Below, in pieces: positions 12,291-25,912 of a stretch of 64,000 bases of DNA (the first letter of the stretch is position 1; each line of letters opens with the position of its first letter). Under the pieces are notes generated by a model. The model saw nothing but the letters and a program-made list of their open reading frames with translations. It was not told where the DNA came from and searched no databases. The stretch lies in the NCBI RefSeq assembly GCF_009914755.1, contig NC_060929.1; one strand, given 5' to 3'. The stretch comes from the human T2T-CHM13v2.0 reference genome, Homo sapiens. The translations under genes were made by a program, and so were the position numbers.

Positions 12291-14521
12291 GTGATTGGTC
12301 TGAAAGTTTCTAACTGCGGGATTGTTTGAGCTGGTTATTTTTTAAAGGGGCAGGAAAGCGGCTCTTCCAGCAACTGCAGGATAAGATAAGAAAGAGGTAG
12401 TGAAATCACTTTTAGGAATCGCTCAGCTCATCTGTTATCTTCTGGAAGAGGGCAAGGCACCACCAGGGCCACTAACTGGTGAGGGAGGGCTCCCCCGGGC
12501 GATTGTGCTCATCCCGGCTGCTCCCTCTTGAACTTGGCCATGTGACCTAAGGATTCCAGATGAACATTGACATTTGATTTCATGTGCACCATCTTACAGT
12601 AGAATTTCTTACTGGCAGGCTAAACTGATCCCTGCACAAGAGAGATTATGTGTCTCCCTATCAACTTGAAAAATAAACTCAGGAAATTCAAGAACTCTGA
12701 ATTGTCAGAAAATAGCTCTGCCCTTCCACCAGACCCACGAGGAACATGCTGAAGACCACATGAGTGATGTCGACAGAAGCATTTGTCCTTTTCCTGACTC
12801 TTTCAAATCATTTGGTGAGAGGTGTTTCGTTTCTGTTCAGACGCAAGCTTCTTCCCGGAGTGGAGGCTTAGAGGCAGGCTCTGTGGCATGCACTCCCCGA
12901 CTCTACATGGTGCATTTTGACTGAAGTGAATACCCTGAGAAGGTTTTGCAGAAAAATCAAGGAGATAAATGAAAGGTTTCCCTCAGTGGTGAATGTGCAG
13001 AGGCTCCCTAAAATGCAGGTATGTGAGCCATAAACCTCTTTGCCCTATGTAAATACCCAGCCATCTTCTTTCCTGTTCTGTTGTGAGCCCTCTGAATCAA
13101 TATGTGAGCATTCAGAACTATGATGTCGCTTGAAGGCCAGGGTTTCAGAAGTTGTCCAGCGTAGGAGAAAATGCAATTCACTTTCAGGATGCTGTGTGAG
13201 GGCAGGAAGGATCCTCAAGCTCTTCGCCCTTTGCTCAGCGCTGTTAAACACTCTCAGAATTAGGACTTGCTCTTAACCACATGTAAATGTAAATTACTTT
13301 CCAGACCAAATACAAACCACCCTTTATCATCTTCAGTTTTGAATTCTTTGTGCCTCTCTACACAAGCATTAGCAGAGATAATTGAAAATTTGCAGCATTT
13401 AAATCTATGTTTTAAAAAATGATTCAGGAAGCTTTTCGACATCTTTAGACTATTACAGTGTCATTTATTCCTGCCAAGAGGTCTACCAAGCAGTTTTGAC
13501 CCAAATGTAGTATCTCTAAGTATCTGCTTCCTCTGGCCTCCCAGTAGACACAAGTGACTTCACTCTTGTCGCGGATGTGTCTGGCAGTGGCTTGGGTCCC
13601 CTTGATGATAATAAGAAGCGTCCCTTGTGTGAGGGCCCCTGGGACTTTTCTGGAGAAGCAGCAGCTTTAGCTCAGCCCCACAAATTATGGCTGTCACCAG
13701 TGGCTGTGCCCAGAGGATGAAATACATTTAGGCAATGGAGGAGCCCCTCCTGAATGTGCTGAATCTCTCTGTCTTCGGCACAGTTCACCTTGAGAGAGAG
13801 TCAGGCTGGCTTTGGGAATGGATTTAGAGAGGAGTACTTTGACTCTCCTGCCTAATGAAGATTTGCTGTGTTAAGGCTCTAAATCATTGAAGCCAAGAAC
13901 TACTAATAATTAGAGCTGATAAAAGCATTAAGGAAACCTTTAATCCCCTGGTCCTGGGAGCTGGAGGTTTGCACAGCCTGTCATTTATGCACTGAAACGA
14001 CTAGTCTTAATGGGGTTAGCATGTCTGAGATTGGTAATTATTACAGGCACTGCTTGCTGAGCCTCCATGAGGCATGCTTCAGCCCTGAAAGATCTTCTGG
14101 GGTGTTGTTTTATGACTTTCCCCGACTGCTTTTGGCTGGCTGAAAATGAATCCAAACACTGCTGCAAAATTGCTCTTCAGGAAGACTTTTCTGAAAATTT
14201 GCCCACAAGTGTTTATTTCTTTTAGGCATAAGGAATCAGAATTAGTGGTAAATATCGGAGTATAATTCTTAGATACTGTCACTGTTAAATCTATTCTTTA
14301 TTTGTAGATTTTTATTTTCCTCCCTTTCAAATAATTGCATTGATTATATTACACAATAATATCAGCCTTTGAAAAATATTTTTCATTACCAAAAATTTGC
14401 CTGACCTGGATTGTGAAGTCATTTTTTTTCATAAAGAAGGTTTGATGAACATGTTCATTAATCTACACTATGTTTATTGGGCAAATTTATAGTTAAACCT
14501 GTATCTTCAATGCTCGAATAA

Positions 14522-14999
14522 TGTCTTAGTCCTTTTGTGTTGCAATAAAGTGATACATGAGGCTGGGATATATATATATATAGATATATATCTATCTATC
14601 TCCATATATATATATAGATATAGATATGGAGATATATTTGGATATATATATATATATGGTTTATTTGGCTCATGATTCTGCTGACTGGAAAACTGAGTCT
14701 CTGGTGAGGCCTCAGGCTGCTACCACTCATGGTTAAAGGCAAAGGGGAGATGGCGTATACAGAGATCACATGGCAAGAAAGGGAGCAAGAGGGAGAGAGT
14801 GGAGGTGCCAGGCTCTTTTTAACAACCACTCTTTTGGGAACTAATAGAGCAAGAAGTCACTCATTACTGTGAGAACAGCACCAACACATTCAGGAGAAAT
14901 CTGCCCCCGATCCAAATACCTCTCATTAGGCTCTGCCTCCAACACTGGGAATCAAATTTCAACATGAGGGTTAGAGGGGGCAACATTCAAACCACAGCT
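14522..14999 (-). mobile_element. MSTB MaLR solo LTR with an internal (TA)/(GATA) microsatellite at about 14568-14657
   Basis: TGTCTTAGTCC...GGTTTATTTGGCTCATGATTCTG...GGTGCCAGGCTCTTTTTAACAACC...AAATTTCAACATGAG...AAACCACAGC. Confidence 0.9.
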
Positions 15000-15159
15000 A
15001 CTAAGCACTTGTTTGGCTTGCATTTGGTGTGTATTCTTAAAGACAGGAAAAATAAAAGGGCTGGTCACTGGCAGAGGAATTCAGAACATGTTAATATCTA
15101 CAGGACTTGGGCAAAAGCAGTGAGTAGAAGTGGCAATACACTTTAATAAATGTGCCTTC

Positions 15160-15266
15160 GAGAATCGCTTGAACCCAGGAAGTGGAGGTTGCAGGGAGCC
15201 GAGATCACGCCACTGCACTCCAGTCTGGGCAACAGTGTGAGACTCCATCTCAAAAAAATAAAAAAA
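15160..15266 (+). mobile_element. 5'-truncated Alu (right-arm 3' part)
   Basis: GAGAATCGCTTGAACCCAGG...GAGACTCCATCTC plus A tail; imperfect TSD AAATGTGCCT/AATAGTGCCT. Confidence 0.9.
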
Positions 15267-15824
15267 TAGTGCCTGGAAAGATGTTCTTCATTAACATTGG
15301 CTGTGACTTTAGCATGGGGATCATTGACATGGTGACACTTTTCTATAGTTCCAAGGATGCCACCTTCAAGCGTGATTGGACTAAGATTATGAGAACCCCC
15401 TCACTGGGGTCTCTGACCTCCACCCCTTTCCATTACTCTAGCATCTCACAACTGAGGGCTTCAGTCAGAGAAACTCTTCCCCACTCTTTTTCCATGTTAT
15501 TTACAGCCTTGTTCACCAAGATTGCCCTATAAAAATTGGTCCTGCTGGTCGTTGGTGTTTTTACATGGAAATTCAAGTGTTATAATTCTAATGGAATTAT
15601 TGTAAACGATGGTTCTTATGTTTTATTTAGGCACTTCACCAAATGACCTCAGCAGAGTGGGAAAGTCTCACGTAGGTGACTTGCTATGCCCAGTAGCCTG
15701 CGTGTCTCTCCACAGATACTGACTTCCCTGTAACTTTACTATTTTGGGGTTACTTATGTTTAACAACCAAAACATCCTGTCAAGTTTTAGTAAATCGGGT
15801 GAGATATCTAAATTATGTTAATAA

Positions 15825-16025
15825 TTTTTTAACACTTTTCATTTTGAAATAGTTTAAGTCTTAAAAGAAGTTGCAAAAATGATACAGAAAGTTCCTACAT
15901 GTCATTTCCCCATCTTTTCCCTATAATCTTCCTTAGCCATAGTACACTGTCAAAACTAGGCCATTGATATTGGCACAACCCTATTAGCTCAGTTGAAGAC
16001 CTAAATCAGATTTCACCATAAGTCT
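15825..16025 (-). mobile_element. L1MC-type 3' end fragment
   Basis: TTTTGAAATAGTTT...AGAAGTTGCAAAAAT...TCAAAACTAGG...GATATTGGCACAA. Confidence 0.7.
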
Positions 16026-16399
16026 GTGTTTTTAAATGGTATTATTGGCTGAGTTTGTCTCTTACTTGCAGCCTAAAGCATTCATAACTGAAATATCATG
16101 CAACTGTAGGTATGTAAGCACACAGACACATCATTTTTTATTTTCTGATTGGATTTTCAGTAGACAGACACTTGGGAATGTTAACTTTAAAAGTATTTAA
16201 TAGACATTTCTCTCCTACCACTAGAGCTCACAAATGACTTGTTTTGAGAAAGTATATGTTATTATCACAGAACAGGATGATTTCTTTTAGAAATCTCTCC
16301 CATGGGTTAGGGGTTCATCTTCACTCCCATCTTCTTTTTTCAATGTAAGTGATTGTCTCTGAATAATCATGTTTGAGTTTCTGTCCTTGCCAAGCCTGA

Positions 16400-16540
16400 G
16401 GCTCACTAGATTCTGTACCCCTTCAGGGTATGAATCTCACTAAATTCATCTTTCTAGTCTCTGTATGTAGTAGGGTCTGTTATACTCTAGGTGCTCAATA
16501 AGCTCAATACATGTGTGTTAAGTGAGCAAGTGAATAAATG
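16400..16540 (+). mobile_element. L2 3' end
   Basis: TAGGTGCTCAATA...TGAATAAATG terminus. Confidence 0.6.
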
Positions 16541-16874
16541 ACCAGATGCAGATGGAATGTGGCATGTTGTTCAGCCTGTGATGTGGATAAATGGGTGGGT
16601 AAAAAAAATGGTAATTTTGTTGATGCCACTCTACTAAAACTCACTTTTAGATTTCAGAATGTCTGTTTTGGTAAGGCATTCATTATTTTAGTGAATACGG
16701 CTGCACTGGGACAGAGTTGGCCAGTCGTACCCCTGGCTGGTGTTGGACATGGGCCATCTATTCAGTTGTCCCTGGGGTGATTCTTAGAGGCAATGGGGGA
16801 GGTTTCTTACCTTGACCCATTTCTTCCACCTAACTGTGCCTCAAGACACACCAGAGAGGGTCATGCCCTAAGTC

Positions 16875-16912
16875 AGACACCTATGAGAGGATGAGACACC
16901 TATGAGAGTATG
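16875..16912. repeat. 19-bp tandem duplication
   Basis: AGACACCTATGAGAG(G/T)ATG x2. Confidence 0.9.
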
Positions 16913-17264
16913 TTTCCAGACTGACTCACTTTTAGGTCCTTTCAAGCAGCAGCAGCAGGAGACTGAAAGCTGCTCTTCTCAAGACCTGGCCTTCACATGT
17001 ACCTTGTGGGGATGGGGCGGTCTCTGTGTATAGGAAGGTCTAGAGCTATTGTGAACCTGGACCAGGGCTAGCAGGGCTAGCTGTGGGCAGCTCAAGGGCT
17101 GCAAGGGGGCTTGAGAACAGTCAGTGTGGAGAGAGGCTAAAAAGGAAGAGGACGGACGGGGTGATGGTCTGTCTGGCCAGGCCAGCTGGAATGGCACTGA
17201 GCAACTTGCTCCACATGTTGGTCCTTTCCTTGCAGCATTCCACTTTTGGCATCAAGCACTGTAC

Positions 17265-17720
17265 CAGTTAGGGATTAGCTTCAGCTGCTGAAAACAGAAA
17301 ACTCGAAATGACAGTGCTTGAACAAGATTTCTATTTCATGTGTAAGTCCTGGCCAGCACTGGCTCTTCATCACAGCAGGGATCTTGTCGAGCTGCCAAGC
17401 ACGGCCCTCATCTTCCCAGCCCCGGTGTACCCTCGGCCATCCTGTCCATGCTGCTAGCGGACGGATGGAGCAAGAGGTTGAGGAAGGCACAAATGTGCAT
17501 GCCAACTTTCCTACAGAATGCCCTGAGAAGCCGTCTCTGCACACTTCTCTGACATCCCATGGGCTGGAACTTAGTCACATAGAGCACACCTATCTACAAG
17601 GGGAACTGGAAAATGCAGTTTCTATTCTGGAGAATAGAAACTCCTATCAAAATGCCCAGTTCCATTCTGATAGGAAAAAGAAGAAAACAGATATTAAGGA
17701 GATATTCGTAGTCTCTGCCT
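17265..17720 (-). mobile_element. MLT1J-like MaLR LTR
   Basis: AGTTAGGGATTAGCTTCAGCTGC start; GAACTTAGTCACAT...GGAAAATGCAGT; GTAGTCTCTGCC end. Confidence 0.7.
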
Positions 17721-17849
17721 AAAGGTTAACCCTGAAGTATCATTTACATACCTGAGAGCACATTGTTCAAAATTGTCAGTCATTGTTATCTAAATTCAGT
17801 GGCAAGAACTGTCCATGGTCCAAGATCTTGTCCTTCTTGTAAGCTAAAA

Positions 17850-18200
17850 TGTTAGCTTGTCAGAGTTTCATGGATGCTAGTGGAAGACATGAAACTCCTG
17901 GGTCAGAAGAAAAGGACAGTTCATTGCTCATGGCAATGGCAATGGTCAGAGTATCAGCATCTGATTCCCACAAGATGATCCTAAGGAGGGCACAGTGACA
18001 CTTTCACATGCAGCAGGTTTTGTTACAGGAGACCAACCCTGAACACAGGGAAGCCAAATCTTCTAACAATGCCTGTCTTTGCTGAGGAGGGAGACATGAC
18101 CTCAGTTCTCCAAGGCTGATCACTGTCCTTGACAATGACCCAGAGGAATGGCAGACACTGCCTTGCAGACACACCAGGGCCCATGGAAAGCTGTTCCACA
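17850..18200 (-). mobile_element. ERVL-type LTR (MER54/MER73/LTR53 group)
   Basis: GGATGCTAGTGGAAGACATGAAACTCCTGGGTCAGA...AAAGGAC block; TG...CA ends. Confidence 0.5.
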
Positions 18201-19433
18201 TTCCGTAATTACGTTCCTCCAATCACATTGTTCCCTAGTGTCTCTGTTTTCATTATAGATCTGTCAGATCACATATCATGCGACATCCTGGTAGCTAAAA
18301 TACTGTAAGTGAGGGACTTAGCAAGGGAGTCAGGCTGAAAAAGGTTTTCCTTTCCCCCTAGTCTCTTAATTCCTTTTGGTTCTTGGTTTTTCCCTCATTA
18401 CAAGGCAGATGCTGAATGGCCAGGACTCAAAGCTTCTTCCTCATAGGAGAGAGGCCTCAGTCAGCTGAAAGGAGGAAGCCAGACACTTATCTGATGCTGT
18501 AAAATACATGCTTATGGTGCTCTTTGGACAACTGTGGGTTTGCCTTTGGGAAACAACAGTTTCTATTATTTGCAACTCTGTCAATGTCACCTCTTTATAT
18601 TTTATTAAACTCATTGAAAAATTCATATGTCAGATCATTCGGTTAAAACATTTAAAGGCCTAGTATCTCATCATATGGGGGTTTGGCACCAATTAATCTT
18701 ACAGGAAATTTGGTTTCCCATCCGTCCTTGTCCTCCCACTTCAGGGTCCACCTGCTGGTGGCCTGGGTTTCTCCAGAGGCAGGTCCTCCCAGCATCCACA
18801 TTCCCTCTTCTGGAACACTGGGGACAAAGGCTGGAGAGCCCACCAATAGCACTACCATGACCTCCTGGCATAAGGAGACAGATGACTGCGGCTTATGCCT
18901 TCAACACTGGCTCTTTCTGAGTACGTTTTACACTTGCTGGTGGGGGCCACACTAGGAAAAAATTTCCCTTTGCATTTTCCTTCCATTCACAAAGAGTCAG
19001 CCCCCAGCATCAAGACGGAGCAGCTGTCCAAAATTAGATGCTACTGCTCTCATTTGTTGGTTAAAAATAGCTGTTCTGCACCTTTTATGCCATCACCAGG
19101 GGCTGTTTTCAGCCAATGTTTATGACAGAGAAAGACATTTGCTAATTCGCTGCTTATTCAAGGAGAATAGAACTTATTTGTTGTTCCCCTGCAAATAGAC
19201 AACTGGGGATGTTAGCAGCAATTTACTTGCATTTTCTTAGGATTTGCAGGGTGGTTTTGTGATAGGAAAATGGCTAGTGAGGAGAGAGGAAAGAAGGGCA
19301 CACATTGAACCTAATATTTTAAAAGAAGCAATGAAACTGGGCCCAGCCAGCGAGGCAGCCTACGGTGCTGGACACATCTGATAAAAGGGGAATCACCAAA
19401 CTTGCCATTTCAATGGAGTGAAGCCCAAAGGAG

Positions 19434-20123
<690 letters not shown>

Positions 20124-20800
20124 CAGGGCGTGCCCAGGGCTTCTGATGCCAGAGCCCAGGAATGAGCTTTTGCCTTTTGGATTCAGGGCTTCCCTGTACT
20201 CTCACAGAGTCAGAATGGCCGTATGTTTACATGTGAAGCCCTGGGGCTCCCTGGCCCCTTCCTGGGCCGTTCTCCACCTTTTCTCTTCTCACCCTTTGCT
20301 GTTCCCTGAGTCATGCAATCCATAGTGAAGAGGCCAGAGGCCCGGATGGGGAAGTGCCGGGGGCAGCCGTGGCAGCTTCATCACAGAGGTGCGATCTTTT
20401 TATCTCTGGTAATAGTGGCATGAAACTATTTTAGGGGCAGTGCCAGTCTCCGGGAATTTTAAAGTTCAATTTTCTGGGAACAGAGTCTGAAGGCATTTAT
20501 CTCCAAGGCAGCGTTAACACTGAACTTTAAAAGGCCAAGCATGGAGGAAAGCCTTTTTAACACATGGCTTTTGGATCTCAGGGTGGGCCGCAAAGGCAGC
20601 CAGCCAGAGACCAAGATTGCACCTGTCCCAAGACTGGGTATAAAAACAGAACGGTGGACACAACTCCAAGAGAAGGTTTTGGCCAAATGTCTTGAATCAT
20701 AGAAGATTTGACTGTAAACCTACTCCACAGTTTCTATTCAGTGGATGGTTTTGCTGAACTGAGCTAAGATAGAATTGGATATTGAAGAGCTAAAGTGTTT

Positions 20801-21877
20801 TGATTTTTAAAATTTTTTATAATTTCAACTTTTATTTTAGATTCAGGGGATACATGTGCAGGTTTGTTACGTGGGTGTATTGCGTGATGCTGAGGTTTGG
20901 TGTATGAAGGATCCTATCATCCAGGTACTGAGTATAAGTACCCAAGATTTAGTTTTCCAACCTTTGCTCCTTCCAATAGTCCACAGTGTCTACTGTCCCC
21001 CTCTTTATGTCCATGGGTACTCAATGTTTAGCTCCCACTTGTAAGTGAGGACATGTGGTATGTGATTTTCTATTTCTATGTTAATTCACTTAGGATAATG
21101 GCCTCCAGCTGTATCCATGTTTCTGCAAAGGATATGATTTCATTCCTTTTTATGGCTGTGTATAATGCCATGCTGTGTATGTACCACATTTTCTTTATCC
21201 AGTCCATTGCTGATGGACACCTGGGTTGATTCCATGTCTTTGCTACTGGGAGTAGTGCTGCGATGAACACAGAAGTGCCTGTGTCTTTTTGGAAGAACGA
21301 TTTATTTTCTTTGGGTATATACCCAGCAATGGGATTGCTGGGTTGAATGATAGTTCTGTTCTTAGCTCTTTGAGAAATCTCCACACTGCTTTCCACAATG
21401 GTTGAACTAATTTGCATTCCCACCAACAGAGTATAAGCGTTTCCTTTCTCCGCAGCCTTGCCAGCATCTGTTGTTTTTTGACTTCTTAATAATAGCCATG
21501 CTGACAGGTGAGAGATGGTATCTCATTGTGGTTTTGATTTGCATTTCTCTGATGATTTGTGATGTTGAGCTCTTTCTCACATTTGTTGGCTGTTTGTAGG
21601 TCTTCTTTTGAGAGCTTCTTTGGAGGTTCTAGCAGGGGAGCGCAGCTACTCGTATACCCTTGACTGAAGACCAGTCCTCCTCTATCGGGTATGGTCGTCC
21701 TCTTCGACCGAGCACACAGCTTCAGGAGGGACGCACATGGAGCAGTGAGGGAGGAAGGGGACACCCGCCTAGCCAGCCAGATCAGCCGAACCAACCCTGG
21801 CAATCAATGGGGTGACAGATGTCGCAGCCAGATCGCCCTCACATCCAGGTCTCCTTTTGAGAAGTGCTTGTTCATGT
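20801..21877 (-). mobile_element. 5'-truncated older primate L1 (about L1PA13-16): 3' UTR plus ORF2 C-terminus, interrupted by a 7SK copy
   Basis: Typical 3' end (TACATGTGCAGGTTTGTTAC, GCTCCCACTTGTAAGTGAG); ORF2 remnants [20 protein letters not shown] and AKTWNQPRCPS..WIKKMWYI; flanking CTAAAGTGT repeat. Confidence 0.92.
21608..21846 (-). pseudogene. RN7SK: 7SK snRNA retropseudogene (about nt 1-239, 3'-truncated, tailless)
   Basis: The minus strand begins GGATGTGAGGGCGATCTGGCTGCGACATCTGTCACCCCATTG and runs to ...AAGCTCTCAA; 16-bp TSD AGGTCT(T/C)CTTTTGAGA. Confidence 0.96.
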
Positions 21878-22164
21878 CTAAAGTGTGTTTCAAAGTTCAA
21901 TGAGACATAGACCCAGTAATGCGGACATGAACATATTTGTCCTGCTTGAGAATGTGTCTCAGGACATGGGGATCTTCTCTTTGAGGAGCTGTTCTGCCGA
22001 TTCTGGGCCCCCTCATTTTGGCTGGAAGGGAAGGAAGGGCCCTGTGCCCGCTGATGAACTGCACTTCTGTCTTCATCTCTTGCCAAGACTTGCTCAGCAA
22101 AAACGTGCAGTGGGGGAAGAGCAGGAGTCTAGGTGCGTAGGCACAGCCAAGGGTCTCCTGGATC

Positions 22165-22334
22165 AAGGGCGGGCTGGGTTCCTGCAGTGTGACCTGTGCA
22201 GTCACTTAGGGCTCCTGTTCAAAGGGCCCAAGCCACATTTAGTCTTTGCTAACTTGAAATTCTTCATAATTTTTGAATAAGAGGCTCCAATTTTCATTTT
22301 GCATGGAGACCCGAAAGTTATGTGGCTTGTCCTG
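22165..22334 (+). mobile_element. MER91-like hAT-Tip100 MITE
   Basis: GTGACCTGTGCAGTC...CTTGAAATTCTTCATAATTTTTGAA...TTTTCATTTTGCA...TTATGTGGCTTGTCCTG. Confidence 0.75.
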
Positions 22335-23274
22335 GTTACAAGAATAATGAGGAGAAAAGCCAAGGGGAGGGGGAATAGGGGCAAATAGGAGTGGAGTTGA
22401 AAAAACGGAATGTTTAAGACAGAAGATCATATATTTTAGGATACTTTGCAGACAGCAAGAGAGGAGAGTGAGAGAGAAATGACGATGGTTCTTCATCATA
22501 AAGAAAAAATAAAAGACTAATTGTGTCATGTGGCCTCCAAGATACTTGGAGTAAAAGATGGGTTGGTTCCAGGTAAATCTTAGCTCCAGGTGCTGCATGG
22601 ACAGCTTCAGTGTTTGCATTGTCTGAAGTTAAAATAAACATGAGTTTGCCTGCATGGTCATCTCCATTTTCAGCAGAAGTCAATTAGGAAATGATTTTCT
22701 TCAAACCATATTGACTTTTTTTTTTCAGAAAGATTTGATTCCTAAATGACAGGGTGACTAAAGATCAAATCATTTTTCCATTACATTTAATGCGGGAGGT
22801 TTCCATTTTTTAGGCCTCCCTGCAAAAGAGTTTCAATTGCATTTCCGTTTGTTCTCCAAAGGCAGTTTTACAGTTCTCTGATTTACGCTAAGGTCAAGAG
22901 AAGGTTTGCAAGCTGCCACAGAACATAAATTACAGAACCTCCTGACAAAATGGTGGGTCAGAAAAGTAACGTGGAATACATTAGTGAAGGGTAGATTAAC
23001 ATGCCTTTAAGTGCTAATTTATTTCTCAAATGTGCAGCTTGAAGTCTTTCTCTCCTATCACTAGGCTCAAGGCTGAGTGTCTTCCAAATTGATCAGGAGC
23101 CTCTGCAGCAGGCACACGCAGGACGCTGTGCTGTGCTGTGCATGGTGAGAAGTGTGACTCACTGCTGGTGAGAATTATTCAGCAGACAAAATGAACTGGG
23201 AGGAAGTGAGTGATCTTTACCTCTTAGGCGAAAGGATGCAATTATCAAGGAAACCAATGCACAGAGCACAAAGC

Positions 23275-23605
23275 ACCAATCATGTATTTGGCTCTCCTTG
23301 GTGTGTTTCGTGGTGCATGGTGAGGGGTGCACAGATCTCCAGGGTTTGCAGTCCTGCTGGGAGAGGAGAGTCACAGACATAAGTCATTCAGTGGCAACCC
23401 ATGGCTGATGGCTTGCAGGAGGAAGCCAAGCCACTGCTTGAGGGAGAAAGGCATTGTGTGTGAGATTCTTCTAGAAGGTGGGTCTTCAGTAGACCTTGAG
23501 GGAAGAGGCTCGTGGGGGTGTTTGGCAAGGATGGGGGAGGCCTGTGGGGGAGGGGCGCCTAGAGCAAAGGACAGATGGTGTGAGTCACTCTGGGGAGTGG
23601 CGTAA
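23275..23605 (-). mobile_element. L2 fragment (old)
   Basis: Diverged L2-like blocks (TTCTAGAAGGTGGG...GACCTTGAGGGA, AGCAAAGGACAGA). Confidence 0.4.
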
Positions 23606-24073
23606 GTAAGGCAAGTAACCCCGAGAACTGTGTTTCCTACGAAGGCAGTGGGCACAGGGTTGGGAGTCAGAGTGGGGACAGACTGTGGGTGGGGTCAGGG
23701 TCTCCTTCTTTCTACACTGCTCAAAGTGATCCCCCACCGGGAGGGGGGTTGTGGTGCTGAATCCCCACAGCCATTGCTGACCATGATTTCAGGAACAAAG
23801 AAGCAATGTGCATCCCCCTTAGCAGCCCTCATCTGAGCTTCCTGGGTCCAAGGCATGAAGCCCAGGATTAGATATGGAGAGAGGACTAAAACTCCACTGA
23901 ACTCATGAAACTGGTGATCCGGTTAGAAAGAGAATCACATGCAGAGTGTTAAGGCTAAATATCAAAAAACTGCAGAGGAAGGAGGCATCACTGTGACCTG
24001 GAGTTAAGTCAGAACAGATGTGGTGGAAGGGTCAAGGTCCAGAGGAGTCTCAAGCAGGCACACGCCTCGGCTC

Positions 24074-24400
24074 CTTCATTCATTTACTCAGCAAAGAATG
24101 TGGCCACCACGGACCCTGCTGGGTGCTGGGTGGACAGCAATGATGGACAAAGATGTGGAGCCAAGACAGACCACAAATATATAAAAAACAAATCATTAAA
24201 GTAATTTCAGATGCCAATAAAGAAAATAGACCAGCGCGGCAGGATAAGAAGGATGAGGTATGGGGAGGAGAGTCTGATTGGATCATCCTGGGAGGTATCT
24301 CTGAGAAGCAGCGTTTTCAAGGATACTTGGATGATGGAGATGGGGTCAGGGTGGGAAGAGAGTTCTCCCAGGAGAGAAGGGTGTGTGGACAGAAACACAC
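24074..24400 (-). mobile_element. L2 3' fragment
   Basis: TTCATTCATTTACTCAGCAAA tail, GGGTGCTGGG...ACAGCAATGA and TCTCTGAGAAG. Confidence 0.65.
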
Positions 24401-24424
24401 ATGGCATGTGTAGGAGGTGAGGAG

Positions 24425-24615
24425 GTTTGCTGAGCTCCCAGCACTGTTCTAAGAGTTTCACCTGCATCAATTCATAATCACCCTAAGAGAGAGCAGGGAT
24501 GTGTTTCAGATTAGGAATGCGAGGCTTGGAGAGACTTCACCGCTGCTCCAAGGTCACAGTTGGAAGGGAACGGGGCTGGACCTGGAACAGCAGTCCCTCT
24601 GACTCCAGGGCTGAC
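24425..24615 (-). mobile_element. MIR
   Basis: GCACTGTTCTAAG...CCAAGGTCACAG...TCTGACTCCAG. Confidence 0.7.
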
Positions 24616-25772
24616 TTGCTATGTGTTTTCTCAACATAATCCTCCAAACAGCCTCATTGATCAGCCAAGTGGGGCTGGGGAAGTGGAGCTCTGTGCCCAA
24701 GCTGGGCCCCAAGTGCCAAGAGCAAATAGAAGAGCTGGGAAAAGAAGCAACATGTCAGCTGTATTTCTGCGGTACGCCATTCAGCTGTGGGGCTTTGCAG
24801 AGCAGCCTCCTGCACTCATACTGGATGAGGAAGACCAGGAAAGATGATGCACCCTAGGCTGGAAAATGCCAAGCCCCTTAGGGAGTAACACAGCAAACAC
24901 TCTTAGTGTATTTTTTCTCAGTGGTTTAATGGAAATACCAGTTTTAGGAAACTAATGAATAAAGAGGATCTGAATTTTACTTATAATGAAAATGCAAGGC
25001 AAGATTATCTTTTAATGAGAAACTCACTTATTTGGGATTTCCCACTGAAGAGCACCAAGACAGGATATTTCTAATTTTTTCAATTATGCAAACTTTAGAA
25101 ATTAAAATCCAGAATCCGTGAAACAGATCTCTGGATATTTGTTAAAACATTTTTGAGCTTTGTTTGAAGTAGTCCATGAGACCCATGAGATCCATATTCT
25201 TAATTCTGGTTCAATGTCATATGTCCATTTTGGGTCTGTACATAATTGATTCTCTAGGCTGTGCATATCTTTGTACCATCCTTGATGCTACAGACTTCAG
25301 GGAGCACTGCAGAGTTTCAGTGTGAGTTCTCACATACAGAGGCTTCCTTTCTCCTCTCTGTATTCTTTCCTCTTGCCTCTAGTAAAGACAAGGTTAGAAG
25401 AAGGGTAGAGGTCTCTTTAGAAGCTTGGCTGCTGTCTGTGGCCTGGGGCCTCAGCAGGAAAAGCAGAGAAATCAAGAAGGGACTGTCTATTCTACTTTAA
25501 GTGACGTCCACAGTGCATTTAGAATTTTAGGAGTGTAATTTCTTATTCCTGCATGCTCCTTCTTAGTAGCTGGGGCCTATTTTAAAGTTAAGAGAATGAG
25601 GAACACAGAGGGCTCCTCCTCATTTGTCGTCATCTGAATTCAGACACTGAGAACATACAGGGGGCAGTGAAGTGTTTCTTCTGTTGTTGGTTTGCCTTAA
25701 ATTAAGAGATAGCCCCAAATAAGCAGGCCATACCTTCTGCAGAGCTATGGAAGGCCTCGTGTCCATCCCTCC

Positions 25773-25912
25773 ATGCTACTTTCCCTCCTCAACCCCCACC
25801 AAAAAAAGATGTGTTCCTGTGGAGCCTGTGAATGTGACTTTATTTAGAAAAGGACTCTTTGAAGATATAATTAAGAACCTAGAGAAGAGGGGATCAGCCT
25901 GGATTATCTGGG
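25773..25912 (+). repeat. 140-bp dispersed duplicate of 27397-27536 (MLT1C 5' segment)
   Basis: Direct comparison shows 5 mismatches and no gaps over 140 bp. Confidence 0.95.

Noticed and set aside
21076-21467. ORFs similar to the L1 ORF2p C-terminus
   Set aside because: Frameshifted remnant of a 5'-truncated L1, not a gene.
21608-21846. Functional 7SK gene
   Set aside because: 3'-truncated, embedded in L1 with a TSD, and lacking the upstream PSE/TATA context and terminator.
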